In this document: positions 40,177 to 50,684 of the stretch, piece by piece
Layout of the letters: every line of letters begins with the position of its first letter
How positions within the stretch are numbered: position 1 is the first letter of the stretch
Assembly: GCA_963782055.1 (NCBI GenBank)
Contig: CAWAIF010000003.1
Coordinates: 5,984,001 to 6,048,000, forward strand
DNA from: an uncultured delta proteobacterium
Lineage (GTDB): Bacteria; Myxococcota_A; Polyangia; Polyangiales; Polyangiaceae
Length of the DNA: 64,000 nucleotides
Direction of reading: 5' to 3'
Notes under the pieces: model-generated
What the model was told of the DNA's origin: nothing
Databases searched by the model: none
Seen by the model: only the letters and a program-made list of their open reading frames with translations
Position numbers and translations under genes: made by a program

Positions 40177-41535
40177 CTAGAAGAGCCCGCCCAGGCCCAC
40201 CTGCACGCCGCCGGCAGTCGGCGCCGCGTACGGGAGGATGGCCGCCTGAGACTCGTCGCTGGTGGGTCGCTTGGGGAGCGGCTCCTTCGACATGCCGAGC
40301 GTGATCAGCATCCCGGCGAGGAAGCCACCACCAGTCCCCGCCGCGAGCGCCCCGAAGCGCTCCTCGGTGTTGCACTGCGTGCAGGCGCCCAGCGCGAAGA
40401 TGCCGCCGGAGAGCCACGCCAGATCGACGTAGCGCACGCGCGAGATGCGCGGAGAGACGACGGAGGCCGTGAGCACGCCGACCGCCGCGCCTCCCAGGCT
40501 TCCGATGGCGCCGCCGAGGGCGAAGCTGGAGAGGGGATCGCGATCGGTGTAGTCGCTGCTCGTGGTGGCGCCGCCCGCGATGCCGCCGGCCACCAGCCCG
40601 GTCGTGAGCGCGGTGGCGGCGACCCAGTGCGAGCGCCCGGGCGTCGTCCGGAAGATCGCGGCGGCGACCGCGCCGCTGACGATGCCGGCGCTGCTCATGG
40701 TGAAGGTCCACGCCACCGCGCGACGCGCCGGGTGGCTCGCGGAGAGGCTGCGGGAGTAGACGCCGTAGCTGCTGTCGACGCCGTAGATGTGGTTGCCGTC
40801 CCACAGGCCGAAGCCGAGCCCCGCCGCGGTGCCCACCAGGAAGCCGCTGGTGACGGCCTCCGCCGCGCCATAGCGGAAGGCGTGGTGGAGGTCGGCGAAG
40901 GCGATGGCGCCTGCGCTCGCGCCCGCGATGCCCAACCCGAGAAGCGTCGCGCTGCCGCTGTCGGCGAGGACGGCGGCCATCAGGCCCGTGACGATGCCGT
41001 AGCCCTGCGCACCGAAGACGTAGAGCGAGACAATCTCGTCGGTGCTGCGGCGCTCGGGGTCGGGGGTCTTCGGCGGGAGCGGGAGGGTGGAGACGACGGC
41101 GCCCGCGGGCGGAGCGGCGAGGGAGCTGCCCGACGCGTGCGCCGAGGCGATGCCGAGCTGCCCGAGCGCGGCCGTGCGGGCGACCGGCGTCGGCGCGGTG
41201 CGAACGAGATCGGTGTATTCTACAATGGCCGAGTCGAAGTGCCCCTCGAGCATCGCCCGGCCTGCGGCGGCGTAGCGCGCCTCCCAGCTCGCCGACGGCG
41301 CGGCGGCCCCCGACAGCGTGACGCCTGGCGAAGCCGAGCCCGCGCCCGCGCCCGGCGCGCCCGCACCCGGCGCGCCGGCAGTTGCGGCGGCGGAGCCGGC
41401 CCCGGGCGCGGCCGACCCCGACGCGGGTGGCAGCTTCGGCAGCGCCGTCGCCGTCCCCTTCCCCGTCTGCGCGAGAGCTCCGGTCGCGGCGAGCACGGGC
41501 ACCAGGCCCAGCAACGCCGCCGCGGCGAGCTTCAC
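40177..41535 (-). CDS. Exported protein with TPR-like segment and Gly/Ala-rich hydrophobic C-terminal domain
   Basis: GTG start overlapping the upstream stop, signal peptide, full-length paralog of 41532..42905, ends GGVQVGLGGLF. Confidence 0.75.
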   Translation of the reverse strand: MKLAAAALLGLVPVLAATGALAQTGKGTATALPKLPPASGSAAPGAGSAAATAGAPGAGAPGAGAGSASPGVTLSGAAAPSASWEARYAAAGRAMLEGHFDSAIVEYTDLVRTAPTPVARTAALGQLGIASAHASGSSLAAPPAGAVVSTLPLPPKTPDPERRSTDEIVSLYVFGAQGYGIVTGLMAAVLADSGSATLLGLGIAGASAGAIAFADLHHAFRYGAAEAVTSGFLVGTAAGLGFGLWDGNHIYGVDSSYGVYSRSLSASHPARRAVAWTFTMSSAGIVSGAVAAAIFRTTPGRSHWVAATALTTGLVAGGIAGGATTSSDYTDRDPLSSFALGGAIGSLGGAAVGVLTASVVSPRISRVRYVDLAWLSGGIFALGACTQCNTEERFGALAAGTGGGFLAGMLITLGMSKEPLPKRPTSDESQAAILPYAAPTAGGVQVGLGGLF

Positions 41536-42905
41536 AGCGACCCCGCGAGCCCGATCTGCAAGCCGCCGTTCGTGGGGGTGATCATGGGGACGAAGGACAT
41601 CCCCTTGTCCGGCTCGTGCTCCGACAAGGGGTCCGGCTTCATGCCGATGGTCGCGAAGAAGGTGCCCACGAAGCCCACCGCGTCGCCGATCGCCATCGCC
41701 GCGAAGGCGCCCGTCGGCGAGCAGCTGTACGCGCCGCACAGGCCACCGGCGAACAGACTCCCGCCCAGCCAGCCCGCCTCGATGAGGTGCGCGCGGCCGC
41801 TCGACATGGAGAGCGGACCGGCGGTGAAGATGCCGGCGCCCAGACCGCCCAGACCGGCGAGCGCCGCGGAGAGGCCGACGTTGCGGTTGGCCTCGTTGCT
41901 GGTGCCGCTGTGGTCCTTCAGCGCGGTGTCGCCGCTGGCGGCGCCGGCGAGGCCGGCGGCGAAGAGCCCGCTGGCGAAGGAGACGTCGTAGACCCAGGTG
42001 GAGCGCCCCGGCGTGGTGCGCACCGCCGACCCGGCGATCGCGCCGATGACGGCGCCGCCCGTGGTCATGGTCCAGATGTACGCCATGTCCTTCGTGTACG
42101 AGTGGAAGGAGCTCTTGGCGCGGTTGCCTGCCCACTCGTTCCACGCGACGCCCTCCCCGAGGCCGATCATCGCGCCGGCGAACATGGACTGCGGCACGCC
42201 GTAGCGAAGCAGGTGCGCGTTGTCCAGCAGGGCGACCGCCGTCACGTTCGCGCCGGCGAAGCCCGCGCCCAGCAGCAGGCCCGCCACCGAAGCCCCCGCG
42301 GTCGGGTTGCCGTTCTTGGTGAGCGAGTCCACGAAGAAGCCGGTCAGGATGCCGTGGCCCACCGCGCCGACGTACAGAAGGACGAGCTCGTCCGCCGAGC
42401 GGCGCGTGCGGTCCCGATGCACTGCCGGCGCAGGGAGCCGCCCCGGCGCCGTCGGCTCCGTCCAGACGCCGGCGCTCCGCGCAGGCGCGGGGGCGATCGC
42501 GACGCCATGGTGCTGCTGGTACTGGGTCGCGAGGCGGAGCTGGTCGAGGGCGAGATCGCGCGCCGCGGGCGTGGGTGCCGTCGCCGCGAGGTCGGTGTAC
42601 ATCTGCACCGCGGCGGCGTAGTCCCCTGCGGTCATGCGGCGTCCCGCTTCGTCGTAGCGCTGCTGCCACGCGGCCATCGCGTCGACCGGAGGCGCGGCCG
42701 ACGCGGAGGCCGAAGGCTGCGCCGCGCTGCCGCTCGCGGGCGGCGCCGCCGACGACGAGGCGGAGGGCTGGGCCGCGGCGCCCGACGCCGTCGGCGACGG
42801 GGGCGGCAACGGCGGGAGCGTGGGACCGGAGGACTGAGCAAGAGCCCTGCCGAGCAGCGGTCCGGTCAAGACCAGAACGGAGAGAAGCCAAGTGCGCATG
42901 CGCAT
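41532..42905 (-). CDS. Exported protein, paralog of the adjacent gene
   Basis: Signal peptide; shared W..RY..AGR.M..G.....YTDL..TAPTP.AR, RRS.DE and RTTPGRS.WV; ends GGLQIGLAGSL. Confidence 0.78.
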   Translation of the reverse strand: MRMRTWLLSVLVLTGPLLGRALAQSSGPTLPPLPPPSPTASGAAAQPSASSSAAPPASGSAAQPSASASAAPPVDAMAAWQQRYDEAGRRMTAGDYAAAVQMYTDLAATAPTPAARDLALDQLRLATQYQQHHGVAIAPAPARSAGVWTEPTAPGRLPAPAVHRDRTRRSADELVLLYVGAVGHGILTGFFVDSLTKNGNPTAGASVAGLLLGAGFAGANVTAVALLDNAHLLRYGVPQSMFAGAMIGLGEGVAWNEWAGNRAKSSFHSYTKDMAYIWTMTTGGAVIGAIAGSAVRTTPGRSTWVYDVSFASGLFAAGLAGAASGDTALKDHSGTSNEANRNVGLSAALAGLGGLGAGIFTAGPLSMSSGRAHLIEAGWLGGSLFAGGLCGAYSCSPTGAFAAMAIGDAVGFVGTFFATIGMKPDPLSEHEPDKGMSFVPMITPTNGGLQIGLAGSL

Positions 42906-43000
42906 GTTCGAAACGTATCACAGCGAGGTCAGGTTCCCCGCGCGCCGATGGCGTGGCATAGTCCTGTCTTCCCCGCACCGGCCCCCTCGAGGTTGTCTGC

Positions 43001-44305
43001 ATGAATCTGGGCGAGAACATCCGCTTCTACGCCGCCACCGACGTTGGCAAGGTCCGCGATCACAACGAGGACAACTTCCTCGTCGACAAGAAGCTCGCGC
43101 TCTTCGTCGTGGCGGACGGGATGGGCGGCCACGCCGCCGGAGAGGTCGCGAGCGCCATCGCGGTGCGCACCCTCCACGAGGAGATCAAGAAGGAGCGCGA
43201 GCTCATCGCGTCGTACGCGGCCACGCCGCGGCAGGCCACGCCGCGGCAGGTCGTCGCCCTGCTCGAGCATGCCGTGCAGCGCGCGTGCGCCAAGATCCAC
43301 GAGGAGGCGCAGGCCGACCCCGAGAAGCGCGGCATGGGCACCACGCTCAGCGCGATCATGATCATCGGGCAGCAGGGCTTCATCGCGCACGTCGGGGACA
43401 GCCGCATTTACCTGATGCGCAACGGCCACGTGCAGCAGGTCACCGAGGACCACACCGTCTACAACGAGCTCATCAAGCGCGGGAAGCTCTCCCGCGAGCA
43501 GATCGAGAAGGTCGCCCAGAAGAACGCCATCACCCGCGCCGTCGGCGTCTACGAGCGGGTGGAGGTGGACACGCTCGTCCTGGAGGTCCTGCTCGGTGAC
43601 GTCTTCCTCCTCTGCTCCGACGGCCTGGCCGGCTACCTCGAGGGCCCGGAGGAGCTGGAGCCGCTCCTCGCCCTGGAGGGCAACGCCGCCCCGAAGAGCC
43701 TCATCGACCTCGCCAACGACCGCGGCGGCAAGGACAACATCACCGGCGTCGTCGTCAAGCTCGGCGACGCCGACGCCCGCGACGAGCAGCGGGCCCGTCT
43801 GCTCAGCCTCAAGCGCGAGGTGCTGGCGAAGATGCCCATCTTCTCGCGCCTCACCGAGCGCGAGCTGCTGCGCGTCATGCAGGCCGTCGAGGTGCGCGCC
43901 TACGACAATCAGGCGGTGGTCATCAAGGAGGGCGACAAGGGCGACGAGCTCTTCATCGTCCTCACCGGCAAGGTGCGCGTCTCGCGCGGGGACCAGACCC
44001 TCACCTTCCTGGGGCAGGGTGAGCACGTCGGCGAGATGGCCCTCATCCGCAGCGTGCCGCGATCGGCGACGGTCACCGCGGAGGGCCACGCTGAGCTCAT
44101 CGCCATCCGCCGCGCCAACTTCTTCGAGATCCTGCGCAAGGAGCACGAGCTCGCGGTGAAGATGCTCTGGCAGTTCCTCGGCGTGCTGGCGGACCGGCTG
44201 GACCAGACCTCCAGCGAGCTGCGCCACGCCAAGCAAGAGCTCTCCGCGGAGGACGTCTCCGCCGAGATCTTCTCCGACGCCGAGCACCCCGCCCAGCCCG
44301 ATTGA
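43001..44305 (+). CDS. PP2C-type Ser/Thr phosphatase with C-terminal cyclic-nucleotide-binding domain
   Basis: RDHNED, VADGMGGH, GMGTT, HVGDSR, LCSDGL, GGKDNIT; GEHVGEMAL...PRSATV. Confidence 0.95.
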   Translation: MNLGENIRFYAATDVGKVRDHNEDNFLVDKKLALFVVADGMGGHAAGEVASAIAVRTLHEEIKKERELIASYAATPRQATPRQVVALLEHAVQRACAKIHEEAQADPEKRGMGTTLSAIMIIGQQGFIAHVGDSRIYLMRNGHVQQVTEDHTVYNELIKRGKLSREQIEKVAQKNAITRAVGVYERVEVDTLVLEVLLGDVFLLCSDGLAGYLEGPEELEPLLALEGNAAPKSLIDLANDRGGKDNITGVVVKLGDADARDEQRARLLSLKREVLAKMPIFSRLTERELLRVMQAVEVRAYDNQAVVIKEGDKGDELFIVLTGKVRVSRGDQTLTFLGQGEHVGEMALIRSVPRSATVTAEGHAELIAIRRANFFEILRKEHELAVKMLWQFLGVLADRLDQTSSELRHAKQELSAEDVSAEIFSDAEHPAQPD

Positions 44306-45279
44306 CGATGCTGCGCCCTCGCTCGCGATCGTCAGCGTGCTCGCGATCCGCGGTGGCGCCCCGCCCCCTCCCCATCTTGCTGGCCCTCTGCGGCCTCTGC
44401 GCCGTCGCCGGCTGCAAGCACGACGAGGAGTTCAGCCCGGTCCCGCCCCCATCGGCCTCCACCGCGAGCACCCTGCCCCCCCCGGCGTCCGCCTCCGCGT
44501 CCGCCTCCGCCGCCCCGCCTCCCCCCGCCTGCCGCGTCATCGCCGTCGCCGGTGCGCCCGCCCTGCACCCGCGGGAGGCCGTGCCCGACGACTTCATGGC
44601 CCTCCCCGCCGGCTCCAAGATCACCGTGGAGGACACCCGCTCCACCCGCCAGACCACCTTCCTCGGCCCGGCCTCGGTCTGGGCGTGCGTGGCAGGGGAC
44701 GAGGCCACCTGGCTGGCGCAGGGCACCTTCCAGAGCGTCGCCGGCGCGGGGGAGCGCCCCGGCGCGCAGGAGTGGATCACCACCCCGGAGGCGGTCATCC
44801 GCTACGCGTCCGCCCGGATGAAGGTCTTCGCGACCCCGAAGGGCACCGTCGTCCAGCTCTCGGCGGGCGCCGCCTCGGTCCTCCCCTTCGGCCCGGTCGC
44901 CCGCCCGGACGCCGGGGCGGCGGAGGCCGGCGCCGCCACCGACGCCGAGGGCTGGGTCCGGGTGGTGCCCGGCGTGGAGCTCCGCGTCATGACGGTGCCC
45001 GGAGGACCGCGCGCCGCCGTGAGCCGCTGCGAGGGAGACGGCCGCGACGCCCGCGCCCTGGCCGACGCGATGGGCCGCGCGCCTCACGCCGACGGCGGGG
45101 CCAACCTGGGCGAAGTGACCCTGCGGCACGTGGTGGCGCGGGAGAAGGCGCGCGCCGCCTGCGCGGTGGCTGGCCTGGTGGCGCGGCGGCTGCCCCAGGG
45201 GCCGGAGCGCACCTCCCTCGTCGCGCGGGCCGACGCCGGCGACGCCGCGTGGCGCGTGGTGCCGACAGGCAGGCCGTGA
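44302..45279 (+). CDS. Hypothetical lipoprotein
   Basis: Lipobox VAGC, Pro/Ser/Ala linker, beta-rich domain. Start uncertain. Confidence 0.65.
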   Translation: MTMLRPRSRSSACSRSAVAPRPLPILLALCGLCAVAGCKHDEEFSPVPPPSASTASTLPPPASASASASAAPPPPACRVIAVAGAPALHPREAVPDDFMALPAGSKITVEDTRSTRQTTFLGPASVWACVAGDEATWLAQGTFQSVAGAGERPGAQEWITTPEAVIRYASARMKVFATPKGTVVQLSAGAASVLPFGPVARPDAGAAEAGAATDAEGWVRVVPGVELRVMTVPGGPRAAVSRCEGDGRDARALADAMGRAPHADGGANLGEVTLRHVVAREKARAACAVAGLVARRLPQGPERTSLVARADAGDAAWRVVPTGRP

Positions 45280-45328
45280 CGCGCGGTTGACACCGTCTCG
45301 CAGGCCCGGCTAGCGTCCGCAAGGCGAC

Positions 45329-46780
45329 ATGATCTCCAAGAAGGCGACGCTGCGAGTCCTATTGGGCTCGGCCATGGCCGTCGCGGCCACCGGTCGCGCA
45401 GCACACGCCGACGAGCCCGTCGCCGCCGGAGAGCCGCGCCTGCTCGACGAGACCGCCGAGGCGACGAGCGTCGTCGATGCCTTCGACAAGGGCGACCCGT
45501 TCGACCTCAACATCACCGTCGGCTTCCAGCAGTCATGGAAGCGCGCCGACATCCACCGCGAGACCGCGCTGAACCAGCCGGGCCTGTCCACCGGCGGGTT
45601 CGTCTCCAACAACGAGAACGTCGCCAGGTTCTCGCAGGACCTGAGCATCCTCAACGTCGGCGCGGACGTGGGCATCTACCACGACCTCGCGCTGGTCTTC
45701 CGCATGCCGATCGTCCTGGCGGATTCGCGGCAGCTCGGCGATCTGGACGGCTCGTCCAAGAACCCGCAGCGCCTCTACGACCCGACGGGCGCCCCGCTGT
45801 TCAGCGTGCCCTTCAAGAGCCCCACCCGCTCGGGCATCGACTACTTCAGCGTGGGCCTCAACTGGGCGCCGCTCAACCAGCAGCGCGACCACACCAAGCC
45901 CACCTGGGTCATCGGCGCGGAGGGCCGCTTCGGCGTGGGCTCGCCGCTCCACGCGTGCGACGCCACCCAGAGCAGCGACAGCCCCCGCTGTCCCGACCCC
46001 GCCAACCCGAGCGACACCACGCGCGACCCCGGCCTCAGCCGCGCCATGTACGGGGTGGACGTCAAGACGGTCATCTCCCGGCGCTTCGGCTACGTGGAGC
46101 CGTACACTGGCTTCGAGTTCCTCGCGGACTTCCCCCGCTCCGACAGCGACTTCGGCAAGACGAACAACTTCCGCGGTGCGCTCGTCAACCACCCGCCGCT
46201 GGTGGGCACCTTCACCATCGGCCTGGAGGTGGTGCCGTGGGAGCGCCGTGAGGCGTGGCAGCGTCTGGTGTTCGACGTGCGGGTGCAGGGCATCTACAAC
46301 TCGCCCGGCCGCGAGTACTCCGAGCTCTTCGACGCCCTCGGCTCGTCGACGGCGCCGACACTGCGCAGCGCCAACCCCTCGGCGTACATGGCGGGGCCCA
46401 ACGGCAGCAGCATCGCCGACCCGAGCGCGCAGCAGGTCTACTTCACCGGCATCACCGACCAGCAGGCCTACGGCGCGCTGTCGGCGCAGGCGGGCGTGAC
46501 CTGGCAGGCCGGGCAGTACGTCAAGTTCAACCTCTCCGGCGGCGTCCGGCTGAACGAGTCGCACGCGGTGACCGCCGCCGACCCGTGCAACCCCAACGTC
46601 TCGGCCGACGCGGCGAGCTCCGGCCCGTGCCGCACCGCCGACCCCAACTCCGCCACCCAGCGCGTCACCGGCATCCCCAACCCGAACTACCGCGCCGTCA
46701 TCGACGCCCCGGGGCATCGCTTCACGGTGGACAACACCGTGATCGGATCGCTCATGGTGAGCGGCGTCGTGATGTTCTGA
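45329..46780 (+). CDS. Probable outer-membrane beta-barrel protein
   Basis: Signal peptide ending AHA, amphipathic beta strands, terminal Phe (VSGVVMF). Confidence 0.75.
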   Translation: MISKKATLRVLLGSAMAVAATGRAAHADEPVAAGEPRLLDETAEATSVVDAFDKGDPFDLNITVGFQQSWKRADIHRETALNQPGLSTGGFVSNNENVARFSQDLSILNVGADVGIYHDLALVFRMPIVLADSRQLGDLDGSSKNPQRLYDPTGAPLFSVPFKSPTRSGIDYFSVGLNWAPLNQQRDHTKPTWVIGAEGRFGVGSPLHACDATQSSDSPRCPDPANPSDTTRDPGLSRAMYGVDVKTVISRRFGYVEPYTGFEFLADFPRSDSDFGKTNNFRGALVNHPPLVGTFTIGLEVVPWERREAWQRLVFDVRVQGIYNSPGREYSELFDALGSSTAPTLRSANPSAYMAGPNGSSIADPSAQQVYFTGITDQQAYGALSAQAGVTWQAGQYVKFNLSGGVRLNESHAVTAADPCNPNVSADAASSGPCRTADPNSATQRVTGIPNPNYRAVIDAPGHRFTVDNTVIGSLMVSGVVMF

Positions 46781-46790
46781 CCGCGCCACC

Positions 46791-46818
46791 CCGCCCTCTC
46801 CACGAGGGAGAGGGGCGG
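46791..46818. terminator. REP-like hairpin / terminator
   Basis: CCGCCCTCTCC-ACGA-GGGAGAGGGGCGG, same core as the 14650-14676 hairpin. Confidence 0.5.
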
Positions 46819-46845
46819 CGGTGGAAGAAGGGGTAGAGTGGGGGC

Positions 46846-48391
46846 ATGCGACGGGTGTTGCTGCTCGCGATGGGGCTTGCCGCGGCCTCGGTGGCGCGCG
46901 TGGCGGACGCGGGCGAGCCCGCGCCGTCCGCCACCGCCGCGCCCGCGCCGTCCGCCGCGCCCGCGCCGTCCGCCTCCGCGCCGAAGACGCCGCCACCACC
47001 TCCCCCCACCGGGGACGAGACCTCCACCACCCCCGCCATCCTGTGGCCGACGCTCACGCCGGCCGGGGACTCCGGCGGGGGCCCGACGCATCGTCCCACC
47101 GAGGCGGAGCCTGGACTCTTCGTGCGCGCGCAGGAGCTCGACGCCACCCTGCGCGACGCCGTGCAGGATCTCGGCCTGTCCCTCTCCCTCGGGCAGCCGC
47201 CGGGCGAGCATCCGCGCGACATCGATCTGGTGCACGCCGCCGCGGCTTCGTCTTCTTCCGCGCCGCTCGCCGCCGGCGCGGCGGCGGGGGCGGGCAGCGA
47301 GACGCCGGGACGCTGGGTCATCAGCCCGCGGCTGGAGAGCGCCGGCACCAACACCTACCTGCTTCGCATCGTGGCGGTGCCGCCCGGATTCGAGCGAGCT
47401 GCGAGTGCGCGTGGCCACCGTCAAGGGCGTGGACGTGGCCGCGCGCGGGCTGGTGATGCTGCGCGACCTCATCGCACGCCACCCGAGCGAGGCCGCGCTG
47501 GCCGCGGTGCGCGCCAACGAGCCGACGGGCGTCACCGGCCCCACCGCCAGCGTGCCGCGCTCCACCGGCCGCGCCATCTTCGCGGCGACCGGCACCATCT
47601 TCGGCGGCTTCCTCGCCTTCAGCCTGCAGCGCGTCGCGGTGACCGACCCGAACAACGCCGACGACCCGCGCGTCCTCTACCCGCTGCTCCTGCTCGGCGC
47701 CGGCGTCGGCCTGGGCGGCGCGCTGCTCGCCAGCACCGAGTGGGACGTCACCACCGGCGACGCCCTCTACTTCGCCGGCGGCGCCGGCTGGGCGACAGCG
47801 GCGGGCTTCTTCATCTCCAGCGCGAGCGACGTGCAGCCTCTCAACGACCGCTACCTCTGGGGCGCGACCGGCGGCCTCATCGGGGCGACGCTGGCGACCG
47901 TGTCCCTCACGCGCGGGCACATCGACGACGGCGGCGCGGTGCTGACGCACTCCGGCGCGGCGATCGGCCTGGCCACCGGCAGCGTCATCGAGGAGATGGC
48001 CAAGGGCACCATCGCCCGCCCCCCGCCGATGGGTCAGGGCATCGGTACAGCAGTCGGGCTGGTGGGCGCGGGGCTGCTCGCGAGGCTCGTGAAGGTGTCG
48101 GCGTCGCGGGTGCTGCTGGTGGACCTGGGGGTGGGCCTCGGGAGCCTGGCCGGCGCGGCCGCCACCAGTCCGGTCATCTTCAACGACCAGAACCCGGACA
48201 CCACGCGCGTCTTTCTGGGCGTCACGTTCGGCGCGGGCGTCGCCGGCGGCGTCCTCGCGTACTTCCTGACGCACGCCTCGACCACGCCGCCTCTGAAGAA
48301 GGCGTGGGGCATGCCGGGCGGCGGGGTCATCGCCATCGGCCCGGACGGGCGCACGCCCGCCGTGGGCCTCACCTGGACGGCCCCGCTCTGA
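46846..48391 (+). CDS. Exported protein with Gly-rich hydrophobic C-terminal domain, split by a +1 frameshift near 47389
   Basis: The signal-peptide frame (MRRVLLLAM...VAVPPG) joins the SSELRVRV...GLTWTAPL frame when GGATTCG is read as GGATCG. Confidence 0.7.
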
Positions 48392-49296
48392 TGGGCGACG
48401 CGGGCGCCAAGCTCCTGGCGGGCTCCGCCGGCGCGCTCTTCCTCCTCGGTGCACCGGCGGCGCACGCCGACCCGGCCGCGGCCGCGTGCACCACCATCGT
48501 GCACGGCGGCGTCTTCGACACCGGGATCGGCACCAGCCGCGTCGGCGACACGCTGATGGCGGAGCTCGGCGGCGAGTCGCTCGGCCTCCGCGCCTTCTCC
48601 CACGGGCGCTGGCTGCTGCAATGGGACGTCCTGGCCGCAGCGCGCGCCGGCTGGCTCGCCAGCGAGCACCCCTTCCTCTTCCTCGCGGGCGCCCACACCC
48701 TGGCCTGGCTGGAGGGCGGCGTGCGCATCCTCCCTCCGAAGCACTGGAGCCCGTACCTGGGCGCGCGGCTGGGTGGCGACGTGACGCTGATGGGCCACCC
48801 GGGCCTCGCCTCCTCCGACTTCGACACCATCAACGACGTGGGCGGCGCGGGCGGGGTCGTGGCGCGCGGGCTGGTGCGCGTCGCCGCGGGCGCCTCCTTC
48901 CTGGACCGCACGCGCTCGCTGCTCTTGGTGGCCTTCGCGCAGGAGGCGATGCAGGCGCGGCAGGTGGCGACGCCCGGCCTCGCCTTCACGCAGCTCGGTG
49001 TCGGCGCGCGCTTCGATCTGGCGGAGAGCGTCGTCGCCGAGGTCGAGGGCTCCTGGGGCGTCACCGCCGACAGCACCGACGCGCTGCGGGGCATCTCCGA
49101 CCAGACGTCGCGGATGGGCGTCGCCGCCGCGTTCCGCAAGATCTTCCACAACGGCATGTGGCTGGGCGTCTCGACGTCGCTGGAGCGCGACGGCGACGCG
49201 GTCACCTACCCTGGCGGCGCGAACTTCCAGACCACCGGCGCGCCGCGCTTCGCCTTCACCTTGCTCTACGGCGTCTCGCTGGGGAGGCGGCCGTGA
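48391..49296 (+). CDS. Hypothetical exported beta-rich (outer-membrane-like) protein
   Basis: ATG overlaps the upstream TGA, signal peptide ending AHA, alternating hydrophobic strands. Confidence 0.7.
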   Translation: MGDAGAKLLAGSAGALFLLGAPAAHADPAAAACTTIVHGGVFDTGIGTSRVGDTLMAELGGESLGLRAFSHGRWLLQWDVLAAARAGWLASEHPFLFLAGAHTLAWLEGGVRILPPKHWSPYLGARLGGDVTLMGHPGLASSDFDTINDVGGAGGVVARGLVRVAAGASFLDRTRSLLLVAFAQEAMQARQVATPGLAFTQLGVGARFDLAESVVAEVEGSWGVTADSTDALRGISDQTSRMGVAAAFRKIFHNGMWLGVSTSLERDGDAVTYPGGANFQTTGAPRFAFTLLYGVSLGRRP

Positions 49297-50684
49297 GGCC
49301 CCCTGGACTCCGCTCGCCGCGGGGGCTCCGGCGCGCCGCCCTCGGACTCGCCCTCGGCGCGGTCGTGTGCGCCGCGAGCTGCGATCCGCAGCGGGCGGGC
49401 TGGGGCCTCGACGCCGTCGAGACGATCCCCACCCCGACGGACGATCCCGGCCTGGGGTGTGGCGTCGTCGTCCCGGCCGACACGACGGCGGCCGCCCGCG
49501 CGGCGTGCACCTTCACCGCCGGCGCGCACGCCGCGCAGTCCATCGGCGTCCCGCGCGACGTCGGCCTCCACGTCCCGATCCGGCACGTCATCGTCGTCAT
49601 GAAGGAGAACCGCAGCTTCGATCACCTGCTCGGGAAGCTGCACGATCGCGGGCAGCCGGGCGTGCAGGCCGTCCCCGCGAGCTACTCCAACCCCGACGCC
49701 AGCGGCAACCCCGTCTTCCCCACGCACGCCACGACGACGTGCATTCCCTTCGACCCCGTCCATCAGGCGGACTCCATCGCCGCGTGCATCGACGACGGCA
49801 CGATGGACGGCTTCGTGCGGAACGCGGCCGCGACCACCGACTCCGACGGCAGCTTCGCCATGCAGTACTACGACGCGACCGACCTGCCCTTCGACTACTG
49901 GCTCGCCTCCACCTTCGCCATCGGCGATCGCGACTTCGCGCCCACCGCGAGCGGCACCTTCGCCAACCGCGCCTTCTTCATGTTCGGGACGAGCGCTGGC
50001 GTGGTGGACACCGGATTGGTGCACCCCGCACCCAACACGCCGTCCATCTTCCACCTGCTGATCGACGCGGGCTTCACCTGGCGCGCGTACTCGGATGGCG
50101 CACCCCTCAGCGGCACGCTCGACTGGCAGGCAGGCGACCCGGGCGTGAGGTCGATGGCGGACCTCTACGACGACCTGGACCACGGCACGCTCCCCAGCGT
50201 GGCGTTCGTCGATGGTCGGGAGAACTACGAGGACGACCACCCCATCGCCGACCTGCAGCTGGGGGAGGCCTGGCTGAAGCGGATCTACGACCACGCGGTC
50301 ACGAGCCCCGAGTGGCAGCGCCTGGCGATCGTGTGGACGTACGACGAGTGCGGCGCCTTCGCCGACCACGTCCCGCCGCCGGGGGCGTGCCGCGCCGCGC
50401 CGTCCGGGTCTCCCTTCACCCTGCGCGGCCCGCGCGTGCCGCTGGTGGTCGTCTCCCCGTGGGCGAAGCGCAACTACGTCTCGCACGTGGTGCGCGACCA
50501 CACCGCGATCACGCGCTTCATCGAGACGCTCTTCGACCTCCCCGCGCTGACGGCCCGCGACGCGAACGCCGACGCGCTGCTGGACATGTTCGACTTCTCC
50601 TGCGGCCGGGACCTCTCGGTCCCCGCCGCGCCGGCCGCCGGGACGGGCGGGTGCCCGAACCCGCCTCCGCCGGGGAGCGACTAG
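49293..50684 (+). CDS. Phosphoesterase / non-haemolytic phospholipase C family lipoprotein
   Basis: IRHVIVVMKENRSFDH, DDHP, TYDECGAFADHVPPP, GPRVP, DHTAI. Confidence 0.9.
   Translation: MRPPGLRSPRGLRRAALGLALGAVVCAASCDPQRAGWGLDAVETIPTPTDDPGLGCGVVVPADTTAAARAACTFTAGAHAAQSIGVPRDVGLHVPIRHVIVVMKENRSFDHLLGKLHDRGQPGVQAVPASYSNPDASGNPVFPTHATTTCIPFDPVHQADSIAACIDDGTMDGFVRNAAATTDSDGSFAMQYYDATDLPFDYWLASTFAIGDRDFAPTASGTFANRAFFMFGTSAGVVDTGLVHPAPNTPSIFHLLIDAGFTWRAYSDGAPLSGTLDWQAGDPGVRSMADLYDDLDHGTLPSVAFVDGRENYEDDHPIADLQLGEAWLKRIYDHAVTSPEWQRLAIVWTYDECGAFADHVPPPGACRAAPSGSPFTLRGPRVPLVVVSPWAKRNYVSHVVRDHTAITRFIETLFDLPALTARDANADALLDMFDFSCGRDLSVPAAPAAGTGGCPNPPPPGSD

Noticed and set aside
40177..43020. 947-aa ORF
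   Set aside because: Only the part from GTG 41535 is protein-like; the rest is an alternative frame of the upstream paralog.
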